From contig DASWED010000125.1 of NCBI GenBank assembly GCA_036394995.1, forward strand, positions 341 through 64,340: 64,000 nt of DNA, given 5' to 3'. The position numbers and the translations under genes were made by a program. Below are positions 8,731 to 18,774 of this stretch, piece after piece. How positions within the stretch are numbered: position 1 is the first letter of the stretch; the number at the start of each line of letters is the position of its first letter. The notes beneath the pieces are model-generated. The model was given only the letters and a program-made list of their open reading frames with translations. It was not told the DNA's origin and searched no databases. The DNA is from Actinomycetota bacterium. Its GTDB lineage: Bacteria > Actinomycetota > UBA4738 > JACQTL01.

Positions 8731-8781
8731 GCGCCCCCGGATGAAAGCCTGCGGGCGAGGGCTCGGGCCCTCGCGGCTCGG

Positions 8782-8877
8782 CTAGTAGCGGCGGGCCCCC
8801 CAGAACCTTCCGCGTCCGAACAGCGCGAGCACCCCGACCACCGCCAGGGCGATGATGATGATCCATACGAGGGTCAT
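8782..8877 (-). CDS. 31-aa hydrophobic small membrane protein
   Basis: Internal ATG 8877 preceded by GGAAAGGAGA. MTLVWIIIIALAVVGVLALFGRGRFWGARRY is one TM helix with a basic tail. Confidence 0.45.
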   Translation of the reverse strand: MTLVWIIIIALAVVGVLALFGRGRFWGARRY

Positions 8878-9073
8878 CGAGTCTCCTTTCCCATCGGGAC
8901 GCTCTCGTGGGGTTTCGTACCCGGCGCAACCCCCCGGAAACGGTTTGCGGAGGGCCCCAGCGGGGCACGCGCGACGCACGTCGACTGGCGAACCGTGTCC
9001 GGGTGTCGGCTACAATCGCGCGACCGGACCGGCCACGGCCGGGCGCCGGAGCGGGAGGACCGAGGGAGGTCAG

Positions 9074-9499
9074 GTGGGCACTCGGGATATCGCGGAGCAG
9101 CTCGGGAGGGTTCCCCTGTTCTCCGGCCTGTCGAAGCGCGAGCTGGAGGCCGTCGTCCGGGCCGGCAAGGAGGTCTCGCACGAGGCCGGCCACGTGATCG
9201 CCCGGGAGGGCGACCGGGGGATCGGGTTCTTCCTGATCCTGGACGGCGAGGCCAAGGTCAGCCGGGGAGGCAGGAGCCTGGCCCGCCTGAAGGCCGGGGA
9301 CTTCTTCGGTGAGATCTCGCTGCTCGACCGGGGACCCCGCACGGCGACCGTCACCGCGGCCACCGACATCCGGCTCATCGGCGTCACCGCATGGGTGTTC
9401 CGGGGGCTCCTCACGGAGTATCCGTCGATGGCCCTGAAGCTCCTCGAGGTGGTCACCGCCCGCCTGCGGAAGGTGATGAAGGATCCGCTCGGCGCGTAG
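9074..9499 (+). CDS. Cyclic nucleotide-binding domain protein (no DNA-binding domain)
   Basis: GTG 9074 after GAGGGAGG. VPLFSGLSKRELEAVVRAGKEV..GDRGIGFFLILDGEAKV..LKAGDFFGEISLLDRGPRTATVTA is the cNMP-binding signature. Confidence 0.8.
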   Translation: MGTRDIAEQLGRVPLFSGLSKRELEAVVRAGKEVSHEAGHVIAREGDRGIGFFLILDGEAKVSRGGRSLARLKAGDFFGEISLLDRGPRTATVTAATDIRLIGVTAWVFRGLLTEYPSMALKLLEVVTARLRKVMKDPLGA

Positions 9500-9546
9500 C
9501 GCCAGCCCAGGCCCGGCCCCGAACCTCGATCGCCCGCCTGTGACGG

Positions 9547-11088
9547 TCAGTCGTCGTTGCTGTGGTCGTGGCCCTTGTGGTCGTCGCCCGAGTCCGGCGA
9601 CGGAGGGGGCGAGGCCTGCATGGCAGCGGCCAGGTCCCGGAGCTCTCGGTCGAGCGTCTTCGCCACGTCGGGGGCCACCTTCCCGTGCTCGGCGTCGTCG
9701 GCCAACTTGTCCCTGGCGCTCTGGATGTCATCGAGGGCCTTGTCCAGATCCCCCTCGGTGTAGTGCTTGAGGGCGTCGTCCACCTTCCTTCCGATCTCGT
9801 CGGCGGTGTGATGGTCGATGGACTCCGAGGCGAGTGTGGCCGTGATCGCGCGGACCGCATCCGGGACCGACGGGATGGTCGGCTCGGGTGGAGAGGGCGA
9901 GGGCGACGGGCTGGGACTGGGCGACGGGCTCGGTGACGGACTGGGCGACGGGCTGGGCGGGGTCGGGCTGGCCCGGTGGCTGGGCGGCGCGGTCCGGTGG
10001 GCGGGGCCCGTCGGTCCGCTCTTCGGTTCTCCCGACAGCAGCGCCGGGAGGAACGCCACCGCGAGCAGCGCCAGCAGGACCAGCAGCACCACCACCGCCG
10101 GCCACCACCGCCGGCGCCGGGGAGGGGCCCGGTGGGCGGGGATCGATCTGGACGGCCCGGTGAGGGCCGCGGGGACCTCCGCGGTGGGGAGCCGGGCCGT
10201 GGAATCGGGGAGCACCACCGTGGGCCCCGAGCCCACGCTCCCCGCCCCGCCGCTCGCCGCGGCGAACGGCGCCAGGGCCGCCGCCATCTCCGCCGCGCCC
10301 TGATAGCGGGCCGCCCGGTCCTTGGCCAGGGCCCGCATGACCACGGCCTCCAGCCCGGGCGTGATGCCACGGCGCTGCGAGGACGGCGGCGGCGGGTCCT
10401 CGTGGATGTGCTTGAACGCGAGCGCCACCGGTGAGTCGGCGGCGAAGGGCGCCCGGCCGGTGAGCATCTCGTACAGCACGACCCCCAGCGCATACACGTC
10501 GGACCGCCCGTCCACCCGCTCTCCCTGGGCCTGCTCGGGCGACAGGTACGCCGCCGTCCCGAACACCGTGGCGGTCTGGGTCAGCGTGTGCGCCGAGACC
10601 ACCCGAGCGATCCCGAAGTCCATCACCTTCACCCGGCCGGAGTCGGTGAGCATGATGTTCGCCGGCTTCACGTCCCGATGGACCAGGCCCTCCGCGTGCG
10701 CGAACGCGAGCGCCTCGGCGACGCTGGCCGCGATGGCGGCGGCAAGCTCCGGGGGCAGGGGGCCGTCCTCGGCCACCACCTGGGCCAGGGTCCGGCCGTG
10801 CACGTACTCCATGACGATGTAGTGCACGCCGTCGTCGGAGCCGGTGTCGAACACCGACACGACGCCGTGATGGTTGAGTCCCGCGGCGGCCCGGGCCTCC
10901 CGGCGGAAGCGGTCCACGAACGTCGGGTCCGCGGCCTGTTCGGTCTCGAGGACCTTGATGGCCACGGTGCGACCGAGGACCGTGTCGGTCCCCCGGTACA
11001 CACGGGCCATCCCGCCCCGGCCGATCTCGGCCTCCACCCGGTAGCGCCCGGACAGGATGCGGTCTCCGGTGAGCATGCGCCCATTCAT
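9547..11088 (-). CDS. Transmembrane Ser/Thr protein kinase (Hanks type) with an (SP)n linker and a helical His/Asp-rich ectodomain
   Basis: RYRVEAEIGRGGMARVYRG..VAIKVL..HRDVKPANIML..VMDFGIAR..GTAAYLSPEQ. TM helix WWPAVVVLLVLLALLAVAF. The C-terminus ends GDDHKGHDHSNDD. I chose start ATG 11088 (GGAGAG upstream). Confidence 0.9.
   Translation of the reverse strand: MNGRMLTGDRILSGRYRVEAEIGRGGMARVYRGTDTVLGRTVAIKVLETEQAADPTFVDRFRREARAAAGLNHHGVVSVFDTGSDDGVHYIVMEYVHGRTLAQVVAEDGPLPPELAAAIAASVAEALAFAHAEGLVHRDVKPANIMLTDSGRVKVMDFGIARVVSAHTLTQTATVFGTAAYLSPEQAQGERVDGRSDVYALGVVLYEMLTGRAPFAADSPVALAFKHIHEDPPPPSSQRRGITPGLEAVVMRALAKDRAARYQGAAEMAAALAPFAAASGGAGSVGSGPTVVLPDSTARLPTAEVPAALTGPSRSIPAHRAPPRRRRWWPAVVVLLVLLALLAVAFLPALLSGEPKSGPTGPAHRTAPPSHRASPTPPSPSPSPSPSPSPSPSPSPSPSPPEPTIPSVPDAVRAITATLASESIDHHTADEIGRKVDDALKHYTEGDLDKALDDIQSARDKLADDAEHGKVAPDVAKTLDRELRDLAAAMQASPPPSPDSGDDHKGHDHSNDD
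9889..9966. repeat. Low-complexity 6-bp periodic repeat encoding (Ser-Pro)n inside the kinase gene
   Basis: The plus strand reads ggcgag ggcgac gggctg ggactg ggcgac gggctc ggtgac ggactg ggcgac gggctg. It encodes PSPSPSPSPSPSPSPSPSPSPSPP on the minus strand. Confidence 0.7.
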
Positions 11089-11183
11089 ACCCCATCTCTC
11101 CGAGCGGGAGCACGCCCGGTTCAACGGCAGCGGCGTCCGCCGAACGGCCCCGGGGGAGACTGGACGGGTAGGCTCGCGGGACC

Positions 11184-12188
11184 ATGGACCTCGGGATCGT
11201 GATCGGTGGGGAGCTCCGGACGATCCCCGACCTGGCCCGCCGGGCCGAGGAGGCCGGGTTCGAGAGCGTGTGGGTGGCCGAGACCGCCCGTTCCGTGTAC
11301 GTGCAGGCGGCCCTCGCCGCCCAGGCCACCGAACGGATCACCGTGGGCACGGCCGTGGCGCTGGCGTTCCCCCGGAGCCCGGCCATCACCGCCATGACCG
11401 CCCGCGACCTGGCCGAGCTCTCCGGAGGCCGGTTCGTCCTGGGCCTGGGCTCGCAGGTCAAGCGGGTGAACGAGGAACGGTTCGGGGTCCCGTTCGAGCA
11501 TCCGGCGCCGAAGATGGCCGAGTACGTCGAGGCCGTGCGGGCTGTGCTCGGTTCGTTCGGGGGGGTGAAGCCGGAGCACCGGGGCCGGTTCTATTCGATC
11601 ACGATGGCTCCGTTCCCCGGGGCCGGGCCCGCGCCGGGGCCGGTACCGATCTACCTGGCCGCGGTGAACGTGCGGATGGCCGAGGCCGCCGGACGGGTGG
11701 CCGACGGCGTCTCGGGGCATCCCATGACCAGCCCCCGGTACGTGGCCGAGGTGATCCGTCCGGCTCTCGAACGGGGAGCCCGGGATGCCGGCCGGGACCC
11801 GTCGGCGGTGAGCGTCACCACGAACCTCGTGGTCCAGGTCGATCCGGACGGCGATCGGGCCCGGCGGGAGGCCGCCCTCCAGATCGGGTTCTACGCCACC
11901 ACCCGGACCTACGCGCCGGTGCTGGCGATGCACGGGTTCGAGGACAGGATCGGTTCGCTCCGCAAGGCCTTCGTGCAGGGCGACACGGCCACGATGGCCG
12001 AGACCGCCCTGCCCATGGTGGACGCCCTGGCCGTGGCCGGGACCCCGGAGGAGGTCCGCGAGGGGATCCGGCGGTTCGACGGGGTGGTCGACCGGATCAT
12101 CCTGGGGAGCGCCTGGGTCGGTCCCGATCCCGACCGGCATCGCGAGGTCTTCGAGCTGCTGGTGGAGACGTTCGCCCCGGGGAGCTGA
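11184..12188 (+). CDS. LLM-class F420-dependent oxidoreductase
   Basis: 334 aa. AEEAGFESVWVAE..ITVGTAVALAFPRSPAITAMTARDLAELSGGRFVLGLGSQV..YLAAVNVRMAE. Confidence 0.85.
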   Translation: MDLGIVIGGELRTIPDLARRAEEAGFESVWVAETARSVYVQAALAAQATERITVGTAVALAFPRSPAITAMTARDLAELSGGRFVLGLGSQVKRVNEERFGVPFEHPAPKMAEYVEAVRAVLGSFGGVKPEHRGRFYSITMAPFPGAGPAPGPVPIYLAAVNVRMAEAAGRVADGVSGHPMTSPRYVAEVIRPALERGARDAGRDPSAVSVTTNLVVQVDPDGDRARREAALQIGFYATTRTYAPVLAMHGFEDRIGSLRKAFVQGDTATMAETALPMVDALAVAGTPEEVREGIRRFDGVVDRIILGSAWVGPDPDRHREVFELLVETFAPGS

Positions 12189-12197
12189 ATCCCGGCG

Positions 12198-12866
12198 TCA
12201 GCAGGCCGTGCCGACGGCCGGGGTCAGCGTGATGGTCTCCGGGAGGCCCACCGTCGTGTGCCGGGTCAGGCCCAGCAGGTGGAACTCCACCGGGACCTGG
12301 GCGAACGTGACGGCCTGGCCCGATGGGAGGCAGTGCGTGACCCGGATCGTGAGCCGGAGCTCCCGGGTGTCGCCGGCCGGCAGCGACATCGGTCGGAACC
12401 GCCCCGGCCCGTGTCGTCCCGGGGCGGGATCGACCTGGGTCTGGACAACGGGGAAGCCCCGGTTCTGTCCGGGGCCCGGGCCGATCCGGGAGAGGGTGAC
12501 GCCGACCGGCCCCCTGTTCTTGAGCGTGAACCAGAACACGAACGTGGTTCCCTCCCGAACTGCCACGGTGTACGCGGCGAAGGGGCTCCCGCCCGGGGAG
12601 TAGAAGTCCCCTCGCTTGCTCACGGTCTCGCCGGCCGCGCCGGACACGCCGCCGGGATCGGTCCGCAGGGGCTGGTAGTTCGTCGCGAACGAGGCCCCCA
12701 GGGCCGCCACGGCCAGGACGAGCAGTCCGCCCACCCGCCCCGCCCGGAACAGCCAGCGCGACAGCCTTCGCGGTTCGGCCGGCGGCGCCAGCCGGAGCGG
12801 CGGGCGATCGGACGCGGTTGCCAAGGGCTCCCCCTCGTCGGGCGCGGGCAACACTGTCATACCCAC
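12198..12866 (-). CDS. Hypothetical membrane-anchored protein (single TM, beta-rich ectodomain)
   Basis: High-GC3 ORF. TM helix VGGLLVLAVAALGASF. I recognised no family motif. The start is GTG 12866 or ATG 12860. Confidence 0.55.
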   Translation of the reverse strand: MGMTVLPAPDEGEPLATASDRPPLRLAPPAEPRRLSRWLFRAGRVGGLLVLAVAALGASFATNYQPLRTDPGGVSGAAGETVSKRGDFYSPGGSPFAAYTVAVREGTTFVFWFTLKNRGPVGVTLSRIGPGPGQNRGFPVVQTQVDPAPGRHGPGRFRPMSLPAGDTRELRLTIRVTHCLPSGQAVTFAQVPVEFHLLGLTRHTTVGLPETITLTPAVGTAC

Positions 12867-12915
12867 TTGGCTCCGTAAACTCCCGGAGGTGCGGACATCT
12901 GCGACGGTGCGCTAG

Positions 12916-13395
12916 GTGGGACTCGACGCGCTGGAGCTCCGCCGGGTCCTGTCGCGGTACCCGACCGGCGTGACCGTGGTCGGGACCCGCCACGTGCCGA
13001 CCGGGGTGTGCGGGCTGACCGTGAACGCCTTCACCTCGGTGTCGCTCGAGCCGCCGCTGGTCCTCGTCTGCGTGGACCGGTCGGCGAACACCCACGGGTG
13101 CATCGAGGCCTGCGGCATGTTCTCGGTGAACGTCCTGTCCCGGGGGCAGGGCGACGTCGCGGTGCGGTTCGCCCAGCGGCGCGACGACAAGTTCGAGGGG
13201 ATCGCCTGGCGGGAGGGCGTGGAGGGCCTGCCCCTGCTGGACGGGGCGTCGGCGTGGGTCCAGTGCCGGGTGGATCGGTCGTTCGACGGCGGCGACCACA
13301 CGATCTTCCTGGCCCACGTCCTCGAAGCGTCGAACTCCGAGGAGCCGCCGTTGGTGTTCCACCTGGGGTCCTACACCGGCGTGGCCGGGGCGTGA
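12916..13395 (+). CDS. Flavin reductase family protein (HpaC-like NAD(P)H:flavin oxidoreductase)
   Basis: LRRVLSRYPTGVTVVGT..GLTVNAFTSVSLEPPLVLVCVDR..GDHTIFLAHV. Confidence 0.85.
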   Translation: MGLDALELRRVLSRYPTGVTVVGTRHVPTGVCGLTVNAFTSVSLEPPLVLVCVDRSANTHGCIEACGMFSVNVLSRGQGDVAVRFAQRRDDKFEGIAWREGVEGLPLLDGASAWVQCRVDRSFDGGDHTIFLAHVLEASNSEEPPLVFHLGSYTGVAGA

Positions 13396-13399
13396 TCCG

Positions 13400-14170
13400 G
13401 TGGAGCTGGTCCGGCCGGACGGCTGCCGCCTGTACCTGGAGACCCACGGGCCGTCGGACGGCGAGCCCCTGATCCTGCTCGAAGGCCTGGGAGGCGACAT
13501 CCCGGGTTGGCGGAGGAACATCCCGAACCTGGCCCGGGAGCTGTTCGTGGTGGCGTTCGACTTCCGGGGGAACGGCCGCTCGGACGCCCCCGATGAGCCC
13601 GTGTCGATGTCCACGTTCGTGGACGACACACTGGCCGTCATGGACCATCTCGGCCTGGACTCGGCGCACGTGTACGGGCAGTCGTTCGGCGGGATGGTGG
13701 CCCAGGTGCTGGCCCTCGACCACCCGGAGCGGGTCCGTTCGGTGATCCTGGCCGCGACCCATGCGGGGCACCGGCACGCCGTCCGGTCCCGGGCCCGGGT
13801 CCCCAAGGACCGGCCCTGGCTGGCCCTGTACTCGCCGGGGTTCGCCGAGGCCCATCCCGAGCACGTTGAGGAGGACGTCATGGTGGGATCGCAGCGCCCG
13901 GGGGCACCCCACGCCGCCCGCCGCCAGCGGGAGGCCATCGAGGGGTTCGATCCGTGGGACCGCCTGCCGTCGCTCGCCGTGCCGTCGCTGGTGCTCCACG
14001 GGAGCGAGGACCGCCTGATCGACGTGGAGAACGCGCGGCGGCTGGCCGAACGGATCCCCGGTGCGGAGCTCGTCATCCTGGAGGGCGCCGGCCACGTGTA
14101 CCACTCCGAGCAGCCCGAGGCGGCCGACGCCTCCGTCCTGGACTTCGTCCGGAGACACGCCCGTGGATGA
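13400..14170 (+). CDS. Alpha/beta hydrolase
   Basis: GEPLILLEGLGG..FDFRGNGRSD..nucleophile elbow YGQSFGG..LVLHGSEDRLI..GAGHVYHSE. Confidence 0.85.
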   Translation: MELVRPDGCRLYLETHGPSDGEPLILLEGLGGDIPGWRRNIPNLARELFVVAFDFRGNGRSDAPDEPVSMSTFVDDTLAVMDHLGLDSAHVYGQSFGGMVAQVLALDHPERVRSVILAATHAGHRHAVRSRARVPKDRPWLALYSPGFAEAHPEHVEEDVMVGSQRPGAPHAARRQREAIEGFDPWDRLPSLAVPSLVLHGSEDRLIDVENARRLAERIPGAELVILEGAGHVYHSEQPEAADASVLDFVRRHARG

Positions 14171-14174
14171 CGCG

Positions 14175-15059
14175 ATGGAGGTGGCTCGCCGGCTGGCCGC
14201 CCAACGCGACGAGCACCGCCGGGCCCGGGACTTCGCACAGGCCGACGCCCTCCGGGACCGCATCCGCGAGCTCGGCTACGAGGTCGTGGACACCCCGGAC
14301 GGTCCGGACCTCCGCCCGGCGCCCGAGCCCCTCGCCCGGGAGGCGCCCGCGCTCCATCGCCCGGCCCGGTTCGGGTTCTCGGTGCACTGGCTGCCCCAGG
14401 CCTGGCCGGAGGACGTCCTCCGGGGAATCGAGGCCTTCCGGCGCCACCATCCGGGTCACGAGATCCAACACATCGTGGTGCAGACTGAGGGTCCCGCCAC
14501 GGCGTGGCCGGACGACGTGGAGGTGGTTCACCCCGAAGAGGACCCCGGGTTCGGCGGGGCCCGGAACGCGGGACTGCAGCGGGCTGCGGGGGAGATCGTG
14601 GTGATCGCCGACGGCTCCGTCGAGCCCGCCGGCGACGTCCTCACTCCGCTGGCGGAAGCGCTCGCCGACCGGTCGGTGGGCCTGGCGGGTCCGTTCGGCG
14701 TCGTCACCGACGACCTCCGCGAGTTCCGCGAGTCGCCGGGCCCCGAGGTGGACGCGATCGAGGGCTACCTCATGGGCTTCCGCCGCCGGGTGATCGCCGA
14801 CGCCGGCGGGTTCGACGAGAAGTTCCGCTTCTACCGAGCCGCTGACCTCGACCTGTCCTTCCGCATCCGCGACCGGGGCTTGTCCGCCAAGGTGGTGGAT
14901 CTGCCCCTCACCCGCCACGAACACCGCATGTGGTCGGCCACTCCGGAGGACGAACGGGCCCGCCTGTCGAAGCGCAACTTCTACCGCTTCCTCGACCGTT
15001 GGGGCTCCCGCCACGACCTCCGGGTGGGGCGTTCCCCGCCGCCGGCCGGGCCGGCCTGA
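14175..15059 (+). CDS. Glycosyltransferase-2-like protein with an N-terminal CysRS-C-terminal-like helical motif
   Basis: N-terminus ARRLAAQRDEHRRARDFAQADALRDRIRELGYEVVDTPDG resembles the CysS/YqeB C-terminal motif. The remainder reads GFGGARNAGL..VVIADGSVEP..EGYLMGFRRRV..FDEKFRFYRAADLDLSFR. Confidence 0.65.
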   Translation: MEVARRLAAQRDEHRRARDFAQADALRDRIRELGYEVVDTPDGPDLRPAPEPLAREAPALHRPARFGFSVHWLPQAWPEDVLRGIEAFRRHHPGHEIQHIVVQTEGPATAWPDDVEVVHPEEDPGFGGARNAGLQRAAGEIVVIADGSVEPAGDVLTPLAEALADRSVGLAGPFGVVTDDLREFRESPGPEVDAIEGYLMGFRRRVIADAGGFDEKFRFYRAADLDLSFRIRDRGLSAKVVDLPLTRHEHRMWSATPEDERARLSKRNFYRFLDRWGSRHDLRVGRSPPPAGPA

Positions 15060-15060
15060 G

Positions 15061-17052
15061 CTACTCGTTCGGGGTGGCGGTGATGGAGGGGCCCGGGACC
15101 CTGGAAGCCTGGCCGTTCCGCGCGGCTTCGTCGGGATCGGGGATGGGAACGGATCCCTCGACGTAGTCCATGAGGTCCTTCCCCTCGATGACCTCGCTGG
15201 CCATCAACAGCTTGGACAGGCGGTCCAGCAGGTCGCGGCGCTCCTCCAGGATCTCGGTGGCCCGGCGATGGGCCTCCGTGAGCAGACGGCTGATCTCGGT
15301 GTCCACGCGGTCGGCCAGCGAGCCGGAGAGGCGGGGGGCCTCACCCGGGAACAGGAGCTGGCCCTCGCCGCCCCGGAACCCGTCGCGCCCCAGCGAGATC
15401 GGCCCGATCTCGTCGCTCATCCCGTACTCGACGACCATGGCCCGGGCGATCTCGGTGGCCTTCTCCAGGTCGTTCTGCGCGCCGGTGGAGACCTGCTTGA
15501 ACACGATCTCCTCGGCCGTCCGGCCGCCCAGGAGGATGACCAGGCGGTCGGCCAGCTCGGGTTCGGTGAGCAGGTAGCGGTCCTCCAGGGGGCGCTGCAT
15601 GGTCATGCCCAGGGCGGCCGCGCCGCGGGGGATGATCGACACCCGGTGTACGGGGTCGCCCGTGGGAACGGTGAGCGCCACCAGCGCATGGCCCATCTCG
15701 TGGACGGCCACCACCACGCGGTCCCGTTCGCTCATCACCCGGCTCTTGCGCTCCAGGCCGGCCACCACGCGGTCGATGGCCTCCTCGAGGTCCCGGCCCT
15801 CCACGGAGTTCTTCTCCGCCCGCGCGGCGAGGAGCGCCGCCTCGTTCACCACGTTCGCCAGGTCCGCCCCGGTGAACCCCGGCGTCCGCGACGCGATGAC
15901 CCGGAGGTCCACGGAGGGGTCGAGGGCCACCCCCCGGGCGTGGACCCGCAGGATGGCCTCCCGGCCCTTGAGGTCCGGACGGTCCACCACCACCTGCCGG
16001 TCGAACCGGCCCGGCCGGATGAGCGCGGGGTCCAGGACGTCGGGCCGGTTCGTGGCGGCCATGATGATCACGCCGCCCTTGGCGTCGAACCCGTCCATCT
16101 CGACCAGGAGCTGGTTGAGGGTCTGTTCGCGTTCGTCGTGGGACCCGAGCGACCCGCCGACCCCGCCCATGCGGCCCTTGCCGATCGTGTCGATCTCGTC
16201 CAGGAACACCAGGGTCGGAGCCTTCTCCTTGGCCTGCTGGAACAGCTCACGCACCCTGGCCGCGCCGAGCCCCACGAACATCTCGACGAACTCCGAGCCG
16301 GACATGAAGAAGAACGGCACGTTGGCCTCGCCGGCCACGGCCCGGGCCAGGAGGGTCTTTCCGCACCCCGGCGGGCCCAGCAGCAGGACGCCCTTCGGGA
16401 TCCGTCCCCCCAGGCGCTGGTACTTCTTGGGGTTCTTCAGGAAGTCGACGATCTCCTTGAGCTCCTCCACGGCCTCGTCCAGCCCGGCCACGTCGCCGAA
16501 GGTCGTCTTCAGCTCCTTGCGGTCGTAGATCCGGACCTTGTTCCGCCCGAGGTTCAGCGCGTTGGCCCCGGCCGCGCCCATGCGCCGGAACAGCAGGAAG
16601 TACAGACCCCCGATGAGGAGCAACATGAAGAAGAGCTGTCCGAGGATGGGACCCCATCCGCTGGGATGGCTCCCGCGGTACACGATGTCGTGGCTCTGCA
16701 GGAGGCGGAAGATGGAGTCGTCCCCGGTTGGCCGAACGGCCACGATCCGCTGCGTCGCTCCTTCCTTGTGGACCACCCCCTGCACGGAGGTCTCACCCAC
16801 GTCGACATCGGTGAGCACCTTGGGCCCCTGCTCCACGTACCCGATGAACTGCGAGTACGGGACGGTCTTTTCGCCCGTCGGGATCTGCTGGAACAGCAGC
16901 CAGCCGACGAGCAGGATCACGGCGAGCCACAGCAGCAGGCGGTTCCGGCGGCTCCGTTCCGTCTGGGGGGTGCCGCCCGAGCCGCCGCCGGGCTCGTACC
17001 CGGACAGGCCGCCTCGCCGGGGCCGGTTGGGGGGTCGGTCGTCGTTGGCCAT
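15061..17052 (-). CDS. ftsH: ATP-dependent zinc metalloprotease FtsH
   Basis: ATG 17052 inside the 1287-aa track ORF. Two TM helices, Walker [16 protein letters not shown], the SRH region [20 protein letters not shown], and zinc site HEMGHAL. Confidence 0.95.
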   Translation of the reverse strand: MANDDRPPNRPRRGGLSGYEPGGGSGGTPQTERSRRNRLLLWLAVILLVGWLLFQQIPTGEKTVPYSQFIGYVEQGPKVLTDVDVGETSVQGVVHKEGATQRIVAVRPTGDDSIFRLLQSHDIVYRGSHPSGWGPILGQLFFMLLLIGGLYFLLFRRMGAAGANALNLGRNKVRIYDRKELKTTFGDVAGLDEAVEELKEIVDFLKNPKKYQRLGGRIPKGVLLLGPPGCGKTLLARAVAGEANVPFFFMSGSEFVEMFVGLGAARVRELFQQAKEKAPTLVFLDEIDTIGKGRMGGVGGSLGSHDEREQTLNQLLVEMDGFDAKGGVIIMAATNRPDVLDPALIRPGRFDRQVVVDRPDLKGREAILRVHARGVALDPSVDLRVIASRTPGFTGADLANVVNEAALLAARAEKNSVEGRDLEEAIDRVVAGLERKSRVMSERDRVVVAVHEMGHALVALTVPTGDPVHRVSIIPRGAAALGMTMQRPLEDRYLLTEPELADRLVILLGGRTAEEIVFKQVSTGAQNDLEKATEIARAMVVEYGMSDEIGPISLGRDGFRGGEGQLLFPGEAPRLSGSLADRVDTEISRLLTEAHRRATEILEERRDLLDRLSKLLMASEVIEGKDLMDYVEGSVPIPDPDEAARNGQASRVPGPSITATPNE

Positions 17053-17160
17053 GGGAAATCCATCTTCCCACACGCCTGTCGCTCCGCCGGGGTCCGGTCG
17101 TCCGGTGGCAGGCCGGCGCCCATCGCGTAACGAAGGCCCGCGGGCGGGGGACCCCACACG

Positions 17161-18774
17161 GTGAGCAGGCGAACGAAGGCCCGGGCATCGCCGGCCTCCA
17201 CACCACCGAAGGGCGATCCCGAGGCAACGGCCGGCAGGGGGGCGGGCGTCGCCGCGGGCCTGACCAGCGCCGCGGCGGCCATGGGCCTGTCCGCCGTCCT
17301 GCACACCGTGGTCCCCGCGGTGCCGTTCCCGCCGGTGGCGGTGGCCCAGGAGGTCATCCGGCTGGCCCCCGGGAGCGTGGACGCCTTCTTCATCGACCGC
17401 TTCCAGCACGGGGCCCGCCCCGCGGCGGTCATCGGCTCGGGTTTGGGGTTCCTGGTGGCGGCGGCGCTGCTGGGCCTGGCGCTCCCGTGGCTCCGGCGCA
17501 CGCTGGGCGGTCGGACGGCCCCGGCCGCCACGATCCTGGCGCTCCCGCTGTTCGCCGTGGCGATCGTGACGTACCGGCGGATGACGGGGTGGGTCCCACT
17601 GCCCGTCTACGCGATCGCCCTCGTCCCGGTGTTCGCCGCCTCGGTGGCGTTCGGCGTGGCCGCGTTCCGGCGCATCGCCTCGGGCCGGGCCCGGCAGGAC
17701 CAGGACGTGATGCGGCGGGAGGTCGTGCGGGCCATGTGGGTCGGCGGCGCCGGCTTCCTGGTGGGGTGGGCCAGCCTGGGCCGGTTCGTCTTCCGGCGGC
17801 CCGACCCCGGCCACCAGCGGCTGGCCGCGCCCCGCGTCTCGCCGACGAAGCCGCCGGGCCCGGCGCCGGCCGACGCCGCGTTCGGCCGCATCCGCGGACT
17901 GACGCCGGAGATCACGTCGAACGACCGGTTCTACACGGTGAACGAGGAGCTGTTCCCGCCGGACATCGACCCCGAGACCTGGAGGCTCCGGATCGGGGGC
18001 CTGGTGGACCGGCCGTTCGAGCTCACGTACCAGCAGCTGAAGGCGCTCCCCGCCGTGGAGCAGTTCATGACGCTCGAGTGCATCAGCAACAAGATCGGAG
18101 GCCACCTCATCTCCACCGCGAAGTGGGTGGGAGTGCCCCTGCCCGACCTCCTGGACCGGGCCGGGGTGCGCGACGGCGCCCTGGAGGTGGTGTCGCGGTC
18201 CGTGGACGGGTACTCCGACTCGATCCCGGTGGACAAGGCCATGGAGCGAACCACGATCATCGCGTTCGGCATGAACGGCCATCTCCTGCCCCGGGCCCAC
18301 GGGTTCCCCGCCCGGATCCTGGTCCCCGGCTACTACGGGATGAAGCAGCCCAAGTGGCTGGGGTCCGTCGAGGTGGTGGACCGCCCCCATCGCGGCTACT
18401 GGGAGCAGCGGGGATGGATCAAGGAGGCCGTGGTGAGGACGATGTCCCGGATCGACGTCCCCCTTTCCGGCGCGTCGGAGACCGGCGAGGTCACGGTCGC
18501 CGGGATCGCGTTCGCCGGGGATCGGGGGATCTCGCGAGTGGAGATCTCCACCGACGGCGGCCGGACGTTCGCCGACGCCGAGCTGAAGACCGCGCTCTCC
18601 GAGTTCACGTGGCGGATGTGGCGCCACTCGTTCAGGCCCGATCCGGGCCGGGTCACGATCCTCGTCCGGGCCACCGACGGCGGGGGAGCCACCCAGACCT
18701 CCGCTGTCACCCCGCCGGAGTACAGTGGGTCGACGGGATGGCACGGAGTGGAGGTCGTTGAGCAGGAGGGCTGA
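17161..18774 (+). CDS. Membrane-anchored molybdopterin-dependent oxidoreductase (sulfite-oxidase/MsrP-like fold)
   Basis: The N-terminal ~200 aa is polytopic and hydrophobic. Then [71 protein letters not shown]. Confidence 0.85.
   Translation: MSRRTKARASPASTPPKGDPEATAGRGAGVAAGLTSAAAAMGLSAVLHTVVPAVPFPPVAVAQEVIRLAPGSVDAFFIDRFQHGARPAAVIGSGLGFLVAAALLGLALPWLRRTLGGRTAPAATILALPLFAVAIVTYRRMTGWVPLPVYAIALVPVFAASVAFGVAAFRRIASGRARQDQDVMRREVVRAMWVGGAGFLVGWASLGRFVFRRPDPGHQRLAAPRVSPTKPPGPAPADAAFGRIRGLTPEITSNDRFYTVNEELFPPDIDPETWRLRIGGLVDRPFELTYQQLKALPAVEQFMTLECISNKIGGHLISTAKWVGVPLPDLLDRAGVRDGALEVVSRSVDGYSDSIPVDKAMERTTIIAFGMNGHLLPRAHGFPARILVPGYYGMKQPKWLGSVEVVDRPHRGYWEQRGWIKEAVVRTMSRIDVPLSGASETGEVTVAGIAFAGDRGISRVEISTDGGRTFADAELKTALSEFTWRMWRHSFRPDPGRVTILVRATDGGGATQTSAVTPPEYSGSTGWHGVEVVEQEG

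Noticed and set aside
6525-8744. Very long alternative-frame or antisense ORFs, for example 6525..8744, 12097..14238, 23175..25937, 25369..27408, 27656..29311, 44668..46758, 47832..49814 and 61939..63975
   Set aside because: Their translations are Arg/Pro/Gly/His-rich with no motifs. They overlap genes with clear family signatures and high GC3 on the other strand or frame. Stop-poor antisense frames are expected at this GC content.
9889-9966. The periodic GC-rich repeat as a possible CRISPR array or minisatellite
   Set aside because: The period is 6 bp, lies inside a kinase ORF, is in frame, and encodes (Ser-Pro)n. There are no spacers and no repeats of 24-40 bp.
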